Shown here piece by piece: positions 30,572 through 39,726 of a stretch of 64,000 nt of DNA (position 1 is the stretch's first letter; each line of letters opens with the position of its first letter). Origin of the DNA: a virus; IMG/VR virus record IMGVR_UViG_3300027850_000002, positions 32,001 through 96,000 of that record; one strand, written 5' to 3'. A program made the position numbers and the translations under genes. Below the pieces are notes generated by a model. That model did no database searches, had not been told where the DNA came from, and saw only the letters and a list, made by a program, of their open reading frames with translations.

Positions 30572-30665
30572 AAAAGAGGGCTGGTGAAACAGGACAAGTG
30601 TCGGGCAGAAACGACACCCTATATCACCACGTTCATGTGTCTGCCAACCACACAAACGTTTGCCC
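30495..30665 (-). ncRNA. Candidate structured non-coding RNA (kissing-loop junction plus pseudoknot domain) ending in U8
   Basis: Multiple nested stems found by hand; 6-bp loop-loop complementarity GGCAGA/UCUGCC; G-U pairs favour the - strand. Confidence 0.6.
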
Positions 30666-30672
30666 AAAACGC

Positions 30673-30849
30673 TTACTTCATCACACGAATCTGCCACACC
30701 AGCTGCTTCACTAGAAGCGCAATTCCTGACGTCAGCGCTGCGTCTGCATCTTCGAGGATCTGAGACAGCTCTTCTTCGGTGAATCGCCGGTCAACCCTCT
30801 GCAGTTCGCGCGCAAGCTTCTTCAGGCGTGTCGCGGCGCATGCACTCAC
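30673..30849 (-). CDS. Small hypothetical protein
   Basis: GTG overlapping the upstream TGA, with GGAG RBS; 58 aa. Confidence 0.55.
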   Translation of the reverse strand: MSACAATRLKKLARELQRVDRRFTEEELSQILEDADAALTSGIALLVKQLVWQIRVMK

Positions 30850-31997
30850 GCTGCGATTTTCTCCTTGGGCGGGGCGAGCAACAACTGGCCGGCGATCTCC
30901 TCCAGCTCGAGTCGACGCTCTGCCGTCGGAGCGCTCTTGGCGAACCACGACACCGCGTTCGAGAGACGCGCTTGTGTGGTTCCACGCGGTAGCACCTCGA
31001 CGTCTCCGTCCATGAAGACCTCCTTGATCTTGTCGACCTCGCCCTTGAGCAAGCCCATCTTGGGCAGCTCCTGCCACGCCTGCTTCGGGTCGATGCGCGT
31101 CTCGAGTGCTTCACCGATGCAGCCCACGAGCGCGTTCACCTTGTCGGGTGCGAGCACCTGCTGGACCATGTCCTGAATGGCCGAGACCTGTGTCTTGGTG
31201 TCGAGCAGGTAGGTCTCCTTGCTGAACTCCATGTCGTCCGACAGACGTTTGCCGAGGTGAACTTGGCGCATGACCTGCTCGAGGGTCGCCGTGTTGGTGC
31301 ACACGAGACGCGTGCAGAACGCGTTGAGCCCGAGCACACCCTTGCCGAAGTCGGAATTCGACAACTGCAACCCGAACGCAAGGACCTCCTCCATGCCACG
31401 CTTGGCCGCCGGCTGAAACACCATCGGCAAGATGGCCTTCACCGCCCAGCGCAGGTCACCGCCAATGCCCTCGACAGGCACCGCACCGATCTTTCCACAC
31501 GCCTTCGCGAACGCTTCGATGATGGGTCCCGAGTCCATGCGCTTGAACGAGTTCGACAGCACGCCGCGGACCTGGTCATTGACCGACCGGACGAGGAACT
31601 TCTTGTTCTCCTCCTCCTTGAAGATGCGTGACAGGTTCTCGACGATCAGCTCGCGGCCGTAGGGCCTCTCGAGCAGACGGTTGACGTAGGTACCAGGGAC
31701 GCCGGCGCGCTCGCAGACTTGGTCGAGCGCGTTCTTGTGCAACCCCTCCTCGAAGTAGTTCTTGGCCTTCTTGTTGCGCAAGCCCATCACGATGGTCTTG
31801 GTGTCATTGCCGTCGACCATGAACTGCAGCGACGTCGAGTCGGCAACCCGGTCAACCGGCGTCTCGCGCTGGACCTTCTCGATGACGGACATCGCAGATG
31901 CCTGCGTCTTGTGGATCATCTCCTCGAGCTTGACCTTGAAGCCTGCGGTGGCCTCACCGAGAGCTACGTCGTAATCCTTTTCGCTGTGGTGGATCAT
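30846..31997 (-). CDS. DUF932-like protein
   Basis: VRGVLSNSFK, LSNSDFG...RLVCTN motifs; start placed at MIHHSEKD. Confidence 0.75.
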   Translation of the reverse strand: MIHHSEKDYDVALGEATAGFKVKLEEMIHKTQASAMSVIEKVQRETPVDRVADSTSLQFMVDGNDTKTIVMGLRNKKAKNYFEEGLHKNALDQVCERAGVPGTYVNRLLERPYGRELIVENLSRIFKEEENKKFLVRSVNDQVRGVLSNSFKRMDSGPIIEAFAKACGKIGAVPVEGIGGDLRWAVKAILPMVFQPAAKRGMEEVLAFGLQLSNSDFGKGVLGLNAFCTRLVCTNTATLEQVMRQVHLGKRLSDDMEFSKETYLLDTKTQVSAIQDMVQQVLAPDKVNALVGCIGEALETRIDPKQAWQELPKMGLLKGEVDKIKEVFMDGDVEVLPRGTTQARLSNAVSWFAKSAPTAERRLELEEIAGQLLLAPPKEKIAA

Positions 31998-32155
31998 TTT
32001 CTTCTCTTTTTCTTCTTCTTGGTGAATTCGATAACGCACCATAGGCACGTCACGATTTGATGTGATTTACGGGTCTTGCCGATGCGTGGATGTTCTGGGG
32101 ACCGATACATGGAGATTCCGCAGTGAATGATCCCTCTGTCATCCATCCAGTTCAT
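31994..32155 (-). CDS. 53-aa putative zinc-binding basic protein (not in ORF track)
   Basis: MNWMDDRGIIHCG...IVTCLWCVIEFTKKKKKRRK; fills the gap, ATGA overlap with the next gene. Confidence 0.6.
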   Translation of the reverse strand: MNWMDDRGIIHCGISMYRSPEHPRIGKTRKSHQIVTCLWCVIEFTKKKKKRRK

Positions 32156-32158
32156 GTC

Positions 32159-33592
32159 TCAGCTCTTATAGCGCTCGTTGTGTTCCGGGTCGCAGACGAT
32201 GATCTCGCCGTACCCCTCGTGGAAATGCTCGCTGTGTTGAGGTGTCACGAGCCACAACACCGGAATTTCGTGAGGTAGATGGTTCTGAGGGTCGACGGCA
32301 GGCGCATAACCGTCCGTGTAGACCACGACGATGTCGGGCATCTTATCGTCGTCCTTGGTGTACTGTTTCATGTGGATGAAGTACGCGTCGAAATCCGTAC
32401 CACCACGACCCACCATGTTCTTGGGAATCTCATCGCCAGAATGCAGCAAGACGTCCATATGTGTCGCAGCATCGCCCTGCATGTAACGAATCTCCATGTT
32501 GTCATCAACCGCGAGCATGTGCTGTAACTCGCTCTTGACGATTTCAAGTGACTCCGTAGACATTGAGCCAGACGTATCGACATAGAGAAACACGCGCCAC
32601 GCTTTGTCCCGTACGCGGCCAGGCGTTGGGATGATGCAGACGTCTTCCTCCGCCAAGGCCAGCAGCATGCGGTTGGGTTGCGCAACGCTCCGGCGATACT
32701 TCGACGTACGCGACATCCGTGCTCGCGTCGCAAAGATTTCCCACCACGGAACAATCGGCTCAGCCAGGTAGGCCTCGAGCCACTCCTGCATACCGCTCGG
32801 CAACGTCCCGCGCCCGACGCCGCCCATGGAACGAACGACCGAACGCATTGTTTGCTTGAGTTGCTCGCGGATGCGGTGTGCTTGAGAAAGCAGCTCGTCG
32901 GACGTCAGGTCCTTGAATGTGGAACCGCCGAACCCTTGCCCTTTCCCGTCACCGGGTTCCTCACCCGGTTTGCCGTCGCCGCTACCTGCGCCCTGGTCCT
33001 GCCCGTCGTTTTCGTCTTCGCCCTTGATCCACATCGAGTGGTCGGTGCCCCCGAGCAAACTCTCGATGTCGATGACCTTGACCTTGCGCATCAAGGACCA
33101 CTGGTAGAACTCGAACGATCCTTCGAGCGGTAGATCGAACTTCTCCGGCAGACACATCCCGTTGCGCGGATTGTCGGGGGCCTCCGGGTTCTTCTCCTTG
33201 ATCATCTTGATCACGAGAGCTTCGGTTTCGTCGAACCCTTCATGTTTTCGCAGCATCGTGTTGATGGCGCAGTCCATGCTGACGTTGGCCACTGCACCTG
33301 CTTTGGTACGCTCCAGCTCACTACGACAAAGCGCCAGCAGTTCGAGGTAGCGCGGGATGTGGTCGAGCATCAGATGCAACATCTCGTGCTCGAGGACGAA
33401 CAACGCCGACTTCAAGGTCAGGGCGGCGATGAACTCCGGGTCGTAGAACAACACCGCACGACCCTCGCGGATACCCACAGCAATGGTGCCCATCCCCGGA
33501 CGTGCAACGCGTTCCAGGCTCGAAGCCAGACGTCCGTAGAAACTTTTCTTCTGGATTAGATAGATGAAGAATTCTGAAAGTTTCAGTTTCAT
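32159..33592 (-). CDS. DUF2201-like metallopeptidase / VWA-domain protein
   Basis: HEMLH (HExxH), D.AIN, DTSGSM MIDAS, GRGGTDF, YTDG. Confidence 0.88.
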   Translation of the reverse strand: MKLKLSEFFIYLIQKKSFYGRLASSLERVARPGMGTIAVGIREGRAVLFYDPEFIAALTLKSALFVLEHEMLHLMLDHIPRYLELLALCRSELERTKAGAVANVSMDCAINTMLRKHEGFDETEALVIKMIKEKNPEAPDNPRNGMCLPEKFDLPLEGSFEFYQWSLMRKVKVIDIESLLGGTDHSMWIKGEDENDGQDQGAGSGDGKPGEEPGDGKGQGFGGSTFKDLTSDELLSQAHRIREQLKQTMRSVVRSMGGVGRGTLPSGMQEWLEAYLAEPIVPWWEIFATRARMSRTSKYRRSVAQPNRMLLALAEEDVCIIPTPGRVRDKAWRVFLYVDTSGSMSTESLEIVKSELQHMLAVDDNMEIRYMQGDAATHMDVLLHSGDEIPKNMVGRGGTDFDAYFIHMKQYTKDDDKMPDIVVVYTDGYAPAVDPQNHLPHEIPVLWLVTPQHSEHFHEGYGEIIVCDPEHNERYKS

Positions 33593-33608
33593 GTTATCCA
33601 CTGAGTTG

Positions 33609-34079
33609 ATGGGCGGCGGTGGTAATCCCGAACGCAACCGTGCACGGGAGTGGTATCTCGTAAATCGAGAACGAGGCATTGCTCGTTCCAAGCAATGGGT
33701 TCTAGATAACAAAGAGACGCGCAAAGAGAATATGCGCGCATGGCGAGAAGCAAATAGATCGCGCCTACGGCAGTATTTACGAAATTGGTTTCTCGTACAT
33801 CCTGAGAAAAACCGAGAATACAGCCTTCGATATAGTTACCGCGCGTGTACAGCCCCGGGGTTCGCAACCGCCGAACAAATTGAAGCGAGGGTCGCCTTCT
33901 TTGGAGGGGTCTGCGCGTATTGCGGTGGTACGTACGATCATCTTGAGCACGCGATTTCATTGTCGCGTGGTGGGACGAACTGGCCCGCGAATCTCCATCC
34001 AGCCTGCCAACGTTGCAACCTGGCGAAGGGTGGCCGCACCATCTTTGAATTTCTTGATTGTTCACCTAAACGCCTATAA
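33609..34079 (+). CDS. HNH endonuclease
   Basis: CAYCG...EHAISLSRGGTNWPANLHPACQRCNLAK; start uncertain (33564 or 33609). Confidence 0.85.
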   Translation: MGGGGNPERNRAREWYLVNRERGIARSKQWVLDNKETRKENMRAWREANRSRLRQYLRNWFLVHPEKNREYSLRYSYRACTAPGFATAEQIEARVAFFGGVCAYCGGTYDHLEHAISLSRGGTNWPANLHPACQRCNLAKGGRTIFEFLDCSPKRL

Positions 34080-34080
34080 T
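34073..34080 (+). promoter_or_regulatory. CCTATAAT candidate phage promoter
   Basis: 6 nt before ATG at 34087; no RBS in between. Confidence 0.6.
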
Positions 34081-34086
34081 TGCAGC

Positions 34087-35076
34087 ATGGCCGTTGTGGA
34101 CCAGTTCTCTGACCCTGTGATGGCGCACCTCGTGCGTCGTGTTTCCGACCGTCCGAAGCTCGCCGCCGCGATCCAGGACTTCGACGTGGACGGTGAGGAG
34201 TACGACAAGCTCCCCAACACGGCGTTCGCATGGTCGGAAAAGCGAGCTTTCCCTGTTCACACGCGCGAGCATGCGATGCTCTCGCGGGTCTACAGCGAGG
34301 GCCTTCCGAACCTCCCATCGCACGTCACTCGAGCCATCAAAGAGGCCTGCGAGGTCTACAACGTCGACGACACTCTCTACGCGCGCCCCAAGGTCGCGGC
34401 AGCCGTCGAGTCCCCCAACGCGTTTCTCCTGCCCGACATTCGCCGGATCCGCGTGACGCAGGCCAGCCACGTCAAGCTTGCCGAGGAGAAGCTTCGTAAC
34501 GAAGGCAAGAACCTCTCCATCGAGCATCGTGCGCTCGCGAGTCGTCGCCTGGTCGAGAAGGCTGCGTTCTACGGTGTCAGCGTACGTGACGAGATCCGCA
34601 AGATGGCGGGTTTGACCGTCACCGATCGTCAGCCGTTGGTCGACTGGCTTGAGGCACGCCGCGAAGCCGCGCCCATCGAACACAAGGACGGCTACCAGAA
34701 GCTCGCCAACGCCGTGAAGCGTATGCCGCTGGAGCTTCGCAATCGCCAGGAACAGATCAAGCTCGCTGAAGCCATCGGTGAAATGGACCAGCTCTCTGGA
34801 CTCGCGCGTCACTACGATCGCAAGCTGCCCGATCCGCTGATGACGGTGTTCAACTCGAGCAAGGTCGCCGGCCAGGGTGTCACCCTCGCAGGCCGCTTCC
34901 TGCCGATCGATCGCGTCGCGTCGTACCCCTCGACGTTCTACTCCGACATCCTCGGCCCCGACATCGTTCGCGAAGCGTCCGACAAGGCGGGTCACATGGA
35001 CCACCAACGCCTCGCGCAGGTGCTCGAGACACTGCCCGTCGACATGCAGCGCATGTTGTCGGCGCAGATGCGGTAG
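34087..35076 (+). CDS. Putative head/virion protein rich in K-x-A motifs
   Basis: 329 aa; KLA x4, KVA x2, KAA, KMA; near the terminase. Confidence 0.65.
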   Translation: MAVVDQFSDPVMAHLVRRVSDRPKLAAAIQDFDVDGEEYDKLPNTAFAWSEKRAFPVHTREHAMLSRVYSEGLPNLPSHVTRAIKEACEVYNVDDTLYARPKVAAAVESPNAFLLPDIRRIRVTQASHVKLAEEKLRNEGKNLSIEHRALASRRLVEKAAFYGVSVRDEIRKMAGLTVTDRQPLVDWLEARREAAPIEHKDGYQKLANAVKRMPLELRNRQEQIKLAEAIGEMDQLSGLARHYDRKLPDPLMTVFNSSKVAGQGVTLAGRFLPIDRVASYPSTFYSDILGPDIVREASDKAGHMDHQRLAQVLETLPVDMQRMLSAQMR

Positions 35077-35085
35077 AGGTCTTGC

Positions 35086-35730
35086 GTGAGCAAAGACCTT
35101 CTCCGTGATCCGGACACTGCCGCCATTGTTCTGATGAAAGCCGCGTATGGATTGCTCGGAGACTTCCTTGCGTGGGAGCCCGAGTCGATTTGGCTCGAAC
35201 TGCAACATCAGGGTGTTGAGCTGCCCGACGGAAATCGGGCCAAGATCATGGCGGCGTTGACGTTGCGCCTCGTCCCCTCGTTCTACTGGGACGCCATCAC
35301 GTTCGAGAAAACGGCCATCGCCTTCGACGGTTCTCAGCCCAATCCCGACACGCTCGAAGAAGCATCTCCTGCCCGTCTTGCCTGGGCCGTCACCGAGGCG
35401 GCCTGGATCCTTCGTGCATCGAAAGACGCGTCGTGGGAGTTCAATAACGAGCCGCGTGGCTACGCCGGCGTGATCTTGAACCGTGCAGGGTTTGTACTCG
35501 CGCCTGAGCAGCTCGCGTTCGCACAGCCTGCGTTGAATCGAGAACGTCACCACACGCACCTCATCGACGAGGTCAAGGAACGCTGGTCTCACGTCAGCAA
35601 AGACAACCTCACGGCGCTGAGCCTTCAGGAAACACCTGTCGATGTTCAGATCGCCCGTCTCGCGGCGGTCGAACTTCACGTCCGTGAACGTCGAGTTCAA
35701 GCTGAACGGGATCTGGCTCGGGTTACATGA
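35086..35730 (+). CDS. Hypothetical, possibly virion assembly protein
   Basis: 214 aa; FLAWEPESIW motif; directly downstream of the previous gene. Confidence 0.65.
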   Translation: MSKDLLRDPDTAAIVLMKAAYGLLGDFLAWEPESIWLELQHQGVELPDGNRAKIMAALTLRLVPSFYWDAITFEKTAIAFDGSQPNPDTLEEASPARLAWAVTEAAWILRASKDASWEFNNEPRGYAGVILNRAGFVLAPEQLAFAQPALNRERHHTHLIDEVKERWSHVSKDNLTALSLQETPVDVQIARLAAVELHVRERRVQAERDLARVT

Positions 35731-35732
35731 CG

Positions 35733-37019
35733 TCACGACGGGCTGGCGTCCAACGCTGCCTTCTGCGCCGCGATCTTGGCGTGGTGCAGTCTCTTGAGAC
35801 CGTCCATGAAGTTGGGCTCCTGCCCCAGCTTTTGGTTCAACGTCTGGAGGAAGCTCTTCGCTTCGTTGCCCATCCGGTTGGCTTCGTCCGTCATCTTTTG
35901 GATGAACGAGACCAGGATCTCCTCGGGCAGATCACCGATGAAGATCGACAGCTGCTTGACCAATGCCTCCGGCTTCTTAGAGAGGTCCGAGAAGAGGCGA
36001 GTGGCCAGACCCATGGCCAGCTCGGTAACCTTGTCGAGCCGACCTTCACCGTCCTTTGGGATGTAGGCTTTGAAGCGCCGACGCGTCTCCGAGTCGATGC
36101 CGTAGTTGTTCAGCACATCGTCGGGCGTGACGACGAGTGTGTTGTCTCGAACGAAATCGAGGAACGCGGTCGCCGATGCAGAACCCACCGCACCTGCGAT
36201 CGCAGCTCGACCGATCGAACTGTTCAGCGGAATCTTTGCTTCGTCGAACTGAACACACAGACGCGAGACCGTCTCCCAGGTTGCAGGGCACGCGAACGCC
36301 TTGCCGGCCAGCGCAGCTTGGTCGTCGTACCCATGGCTTGGCTGAGCGCCGAGATGCCCGATGACGTGCTCGTGGAACTCTGCGTCGATGGCGTACTTCA
36401 TGAAGTCGCCGTAGTTGTACGCAACACCGATCGGCAAGAGCCGGCGTCGCATCGCGGGGTCACGCTCGAACTCGTTGACGTTCATCCCGCCGCCCGACGG
36501 GTTCATCGTCACCACGATCTGGATGCAGTCGAGCAGCTTGATGTCGCCGATCATGCGGTCGCCGATCAGAACGAAAGCAGCGCGCGTGACCGACTTGTCG
36601 ACGGCGCGATTCAGTTCTTCGATCGAGAGAATCGGGCACTGGTCCTTGGGAACCTTGCCCTTGTACTTCTTGGTCACCTCCGCGGCCCACTCGATGAGCG
36701 GCTGAAACAGGCGCGGCACGCGTTGGTCGAAATACAGCTTCGTGTCGGCGGCCGTGGTCGGAATGAAGAAACCTTCCTGCGTTGCGGTCGGCATGTGGAG
36801 GGCGACGTAGGGAACGCCCTTGCCGCCGTTCCTGCGTTTCGCCACCTGCGTCGGGATCGCGGTCTTACCGATGCCCGACGGACCGATCGCGCACACCACG
36901 TTGCGCGTCCCCGCATTCAGTTCAATCAGCTCTTCGAAGACGCGGGGCGTAACCATCTCGACGCCGAGCTTGGATGCGAAGGTTTCTTCCATCGACGTCT
37001 TGGTGTCAGCTTTGCTCAT
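35733..37019 (-). CDS. MoxR-like AAA+ ATPase
   Basis: GPSGIGKT, IEELNRA, TMNP, DPAMRRR; usual partner of DUF2201/VWA proteins. Confidence 0.88.
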   Translation of the reverse strand: MSKADTKTSMEETFASKLGVEMVTPRVFEELIELNAGTRNVVCAIGPSGIGKTAIPTQVAKRRNGGKGVPYVALHMPTATQEGFFIPTTAADTKLYFDQRVPRLFQPLIEWAAEVTKKYKGKVPKDQCPILSIEELNRAVDKSVTRAAFVLIGDRMIGDIKLLDCIQIVVTMNPSGGGMNVNEFERDPAMRRRLLPIGVAYNYGDFMKYAIDAEFHEHVIGHLGAQPSHGYDDQAALAGKAFACPATWETVSRLCVQFDEAKIPLNSSIGRAAIAGAVGSASATAFLDFVRDNTLVVTPDDVLNNYGIDSETRRRFKAYIPKDGEGRLDKVTELAMGLATRLFSDLSKKPEALVKQLSIFIGDLPEEILVSFIQKMTDEANRMGNEAKSFLQTLNQKLGQEPNFMDGLKRLHHAKIAAQKAALDASPS

Positions 37020-37044
37020 TTCATTCTCCTAGGTTCCCGTTGAT

Positions 37045-39723
37045 ATGTCGGAAGAGGTTTATCGTTCAACCATCGCGCAGGGGATGTTCTACGTCGACGG
37101 CAAGCCGTTGTCGCTACAGGACTACCCAATGTTCGGCGCGGTCTACGACGGTAAGTACCCTCGGCTTCTGTTGAAGACGGGGCGGCAGGTCACCAAGTCG
37201 ACCACCCTGGCCGCGTTCATGATCGCCGAGGCGGTCGCGACGCCAAACTTCAAGTCCTACTACGTTTCACCGACGCAAGAACAGACTCGAAAGTTCTCGC
37301 ATACACGCGTTGCCAAGATCCTCGCGTACAGCCCCGACCTTCGGAGGGGGTTCGTCAACGCGAATTCGATCGACAACGTGCTTCTGCGTATGTTCACAAA
37401 CGGTTCCGAGATGGCGTTCACATACGCTCTCGATGATCCGGACCGTGCACGTGGTTACTCGGCAGACCGATGCAACTTCGACGAAGTGCAGGACATCCTT
37501 TACGAGTCCGTCATTCCCGTCATCGAAGAATGTTTCGATTCACGTACAGAAGTTCTATGTAAACGAGGTTGGATTTCTGTAGCGGAAGTAAATCTCGCGG
37601 ACGAAATTGCGGATGTCGACGAAGACGGTCGAATCGAGTGGCATCATCCGACGCAACTGATTCAGAAACGCCATACAGGTCAGATGGTTTCGTTCAATCA
37701 CGACCAAATGTCTATCCGTGTGACCGGCGACCATATGATGTGGGTGCACCCGAAGGGCGAGACACGGTCCATGTCGCGAGCATCGTGGCGGTTCTCGAGT
37801 GCTCGCAGTATCGCAACAGATAAAGGCGAAGCATTTCGACTAACGGGTCCCGCAGGCCTTCGGACATCAACAACACCACTTCGTCGAACGTTTCCCGGCA
37901 TTTTAGGTGCGCACGGTCAGAACGCTCACGGAATCGATTTACCCTACGATGCCTTCGCGCGTCTTGTTGGTTGGTATCTTTCGGAAGGCTCTATACGTTG
38001 GGCTAAACGTAGAGGTGTTAAGACCTGTCCACGCCCCTGTATTACACAAAGCGAGGGGCGCTACCTGTCGGATATTATCGAAACGATCGAGCGTTGCGGG
38101 CTAACGTATTCCATCGCTTCGAACTCGAAAAAACCGTACATCAAACACGTTACGATCAACTCGCGAATTCTCGGTGAGTATTTTCATCGTCTCGGAAACA
38201 CCTTTGAAAAGTACATTCCCGACGAGTTCTTCATGTCGGAGGACCTACTTCGCCAAGTGCTCGCAGGCATTTACCTCGGAAATGCAACTGCCCGAGAAGG
38301 TATGTCTTGGGACCGTTGGACGTTGTTTACCGTTTCCAAGTCTTTGGCCGACAGTGTCCATCGCGCTTGGACCTTGTGTGGACGGTCACCTAATCAACGT
38401 GTACGTGAATACGTGCCTGACAAGATCGCTTACGAAATATGCGCTTACGTCGACAATTTCTTTGTCTTTTATCGGCGCAAGAACAGTACAACTACTGAAC
38501 ACGTAACAGATGAGCCCGTGTATTGTTTTACGGTTCCTCATCATCGGCCTGTCGTCCGCGGCGGTCCAGGACTGCGTCCGCTCATTACAGGTCAGTGTAT
38601 GGCTAACTCGCCATATCAGTATTCGGCCTACGCAGGCACACCCAAGACGATGGAGAACACCATTGAGTTCTTGTGGTCTCAGTCGTCGCAGACCGAATGG
38701 TGCATGCGGTGCAAGGGGTGTGGTAAGTGGACGTTTATCGACAGCACCAAGGGCTTGGGTAAGCTGGGTCCTATCTGTATTGGTTGTGGTACCTATCTCG
38801 ACCCTCGTAAGGGTCAGTGGGTCGACATGTCCAAGGACAAGGCTGTTGGCATCAAAGGCTTCCACATCTCCCAGGCGATCATGCCTGTCAACGTGCCCGC
38901 GTCATGGCAGCCGGGGTCCGTGGGATACGAAGGGGCCCTCGAGCGTTGGGGAAAGCTCCTCTACAAGATGGAATCGCCTCTCTATGGCGAGTCCCGTTTT
39001 CTAAACGAGTGCATCGGCGTCAGTACGTCGACAGGTGTTCGTCTTCTCACCAAGGAGATCCTCGAAGCCCTGTGCGACGAGAATCACGAGATGACGCGGT
39101 TGCCGCTGCCCCTTTCCAAGGAGGGCATCGTTCGCGTGACTGCCGGCGTCGACTGGTCTGGCGGAGGCGCCGAGATCAAGGGCAGCGAAGGTATGTTCAA
39201 GTCGCGCACGGTGCTCCATATCTGGGGCCAGCTCGCCGACGGTCGTCTCAAGACGCTCTTCTACAAGATCTTCCCCAACGGTCACGCGGTCGGCTGGGTC
39301 GACGAGATCGTCGAACTGTGCAACGCATGGGGCGTCCAGATGTTGGTCGGTGACGCCGGTGAAGGCGCCATCGGCAACTCGTACCTGCGTGCGAAGCTCG
39401 GAGACCATCGCGTCACGTCCATTCGTTACATGTCGCTGTCGAAGCCGTACGAGTGGAACCCGAACGCGATGGTCTACAGCGCCGACCGCACCACAATGAT
39501 CGACAACTTTGCGCGACAACTGCTGCACAAGCAGATGCTCTATCCGAACCTGAAGCAGGCAAGTCCGGCTATCAACGACATCCTCAACGTCTACGAGGAG
39601 GTCACGATGCAAGGCCGTAAGGTGTGGCGTCACGCGCCCACGCAGCCGGACGACTGCCTGCACGCCCAGCTGTTTGGCTGGTTCGCACACATCATCCTGA
39701 CGCAGAACTATCGGTTCCTGTAG
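37045..39723 (+). CDS. terL: Terminase large subunit containing an intein
   Basis: KTGRQVTKST, YVSPT, FDEVQD, GTPKT, CxxC zinc motifs, GVDWSGG and PDDCLHA nuclease motifs. Confidence 0.88.
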   Translation: MSEEVYRSTIAQGMFYVDGKPLSLQDYPMFGAVYDGKYPRLLLKTGRQVTKSTTLAAFMIAEAVATPNFKSYYVSPTQEQTRKFSHTRVAKILAYSPDLRRGFVNANSIDNVLLRMFTNGSEMAFTYALDDPDRARGYSADRCNFDEVQDILYESVIPVIEECFDSRTEVLCKRGWISVAEVNLADEIADVDEDGRIEWHHPTQLIQKRHTGQMVSFNHDQMSIRVTGDHMMWVHPKGETRSMSRASWRFSSARSIATDKGEAFRLTGPAGLRTSTTPLRRTFPGILGAHGQNAHGIDLPYDAFARLVGWYLSEGSIRWAKRRGVKTCPRPCITQSEGRYLSDIIETIERCGLTYSIASNSKKPYIKHVTINSRILGEYFHRLGNTFEKYIPDEFFMSEDLLRQVLAGIYLGNATAREGMSWDRWTLFTVSKSLADSVHRAWTLCGRSPNQRVREYVPDKIAYEICAYVDNFFVFYRRKNSTTTEHVTDEPVYCFTVPHHRPVVRGGPGLRPLITGQCMANSPYQYSAYAGTPKTMENTIEFLWSQSSQTEWCMRCKGCGKWTFIDSTKGLGKLGPICIGCGTYLDPRKGQWVDMSKDKAVGIKGFHISQAIMPVNVPASWQPGSVGYEGALERWGKLLYKMESPLYGESRFLNECIGVSTSTGVRLLTKEILEALCDENHEMTRLPLPLSKEGIVRVTAGVDWSGGGAEIKGSEGMFKSRTVLHIWGQLADGRLKTLFYKIFPNGHAVGWVDEIVELCNAWGVQMLVGDAGEGAIGNSYLRAKLGDHRVTSIRYMSLSKPYEWNPNAMVYSADRTTMIDNFARQLLHKQMLYPNLKQASPAINDILNVYEEVTMQGRKVWRHAPTQPDDCLHAQLFGWFAHIILTQNYRFL
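37531..38595 (+). mobile_element. Intein (355 aa) with LAGLIDADG endonuclease domain, ending in Gln
   Basis: EE|CFDSRTEV block A, VTGDH block B, LVGWYLSEGS block C, VYCFTVP block F, ITGQ|C junction; visibly AT-richer than the exteins. Confidence 0.9.
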
Positions 39724-39726
39724 TCG

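Noticed and set aside
30578-30665. Purine riboswitch or tRNA
   Set aside because: Junction lacks the purine-aptamer consensus; no T-loop, anticodon arm or cloverleaf
34066-35736. 556-aa ORF on the - strand
   Set aside because: Antisense shadow of two well-formed + genes; no motifs; expected from GC-rich codon bias
35727-37043. 438-aa ORF on the + strand
   Set aside because: Shadow of the MoxR ATPase
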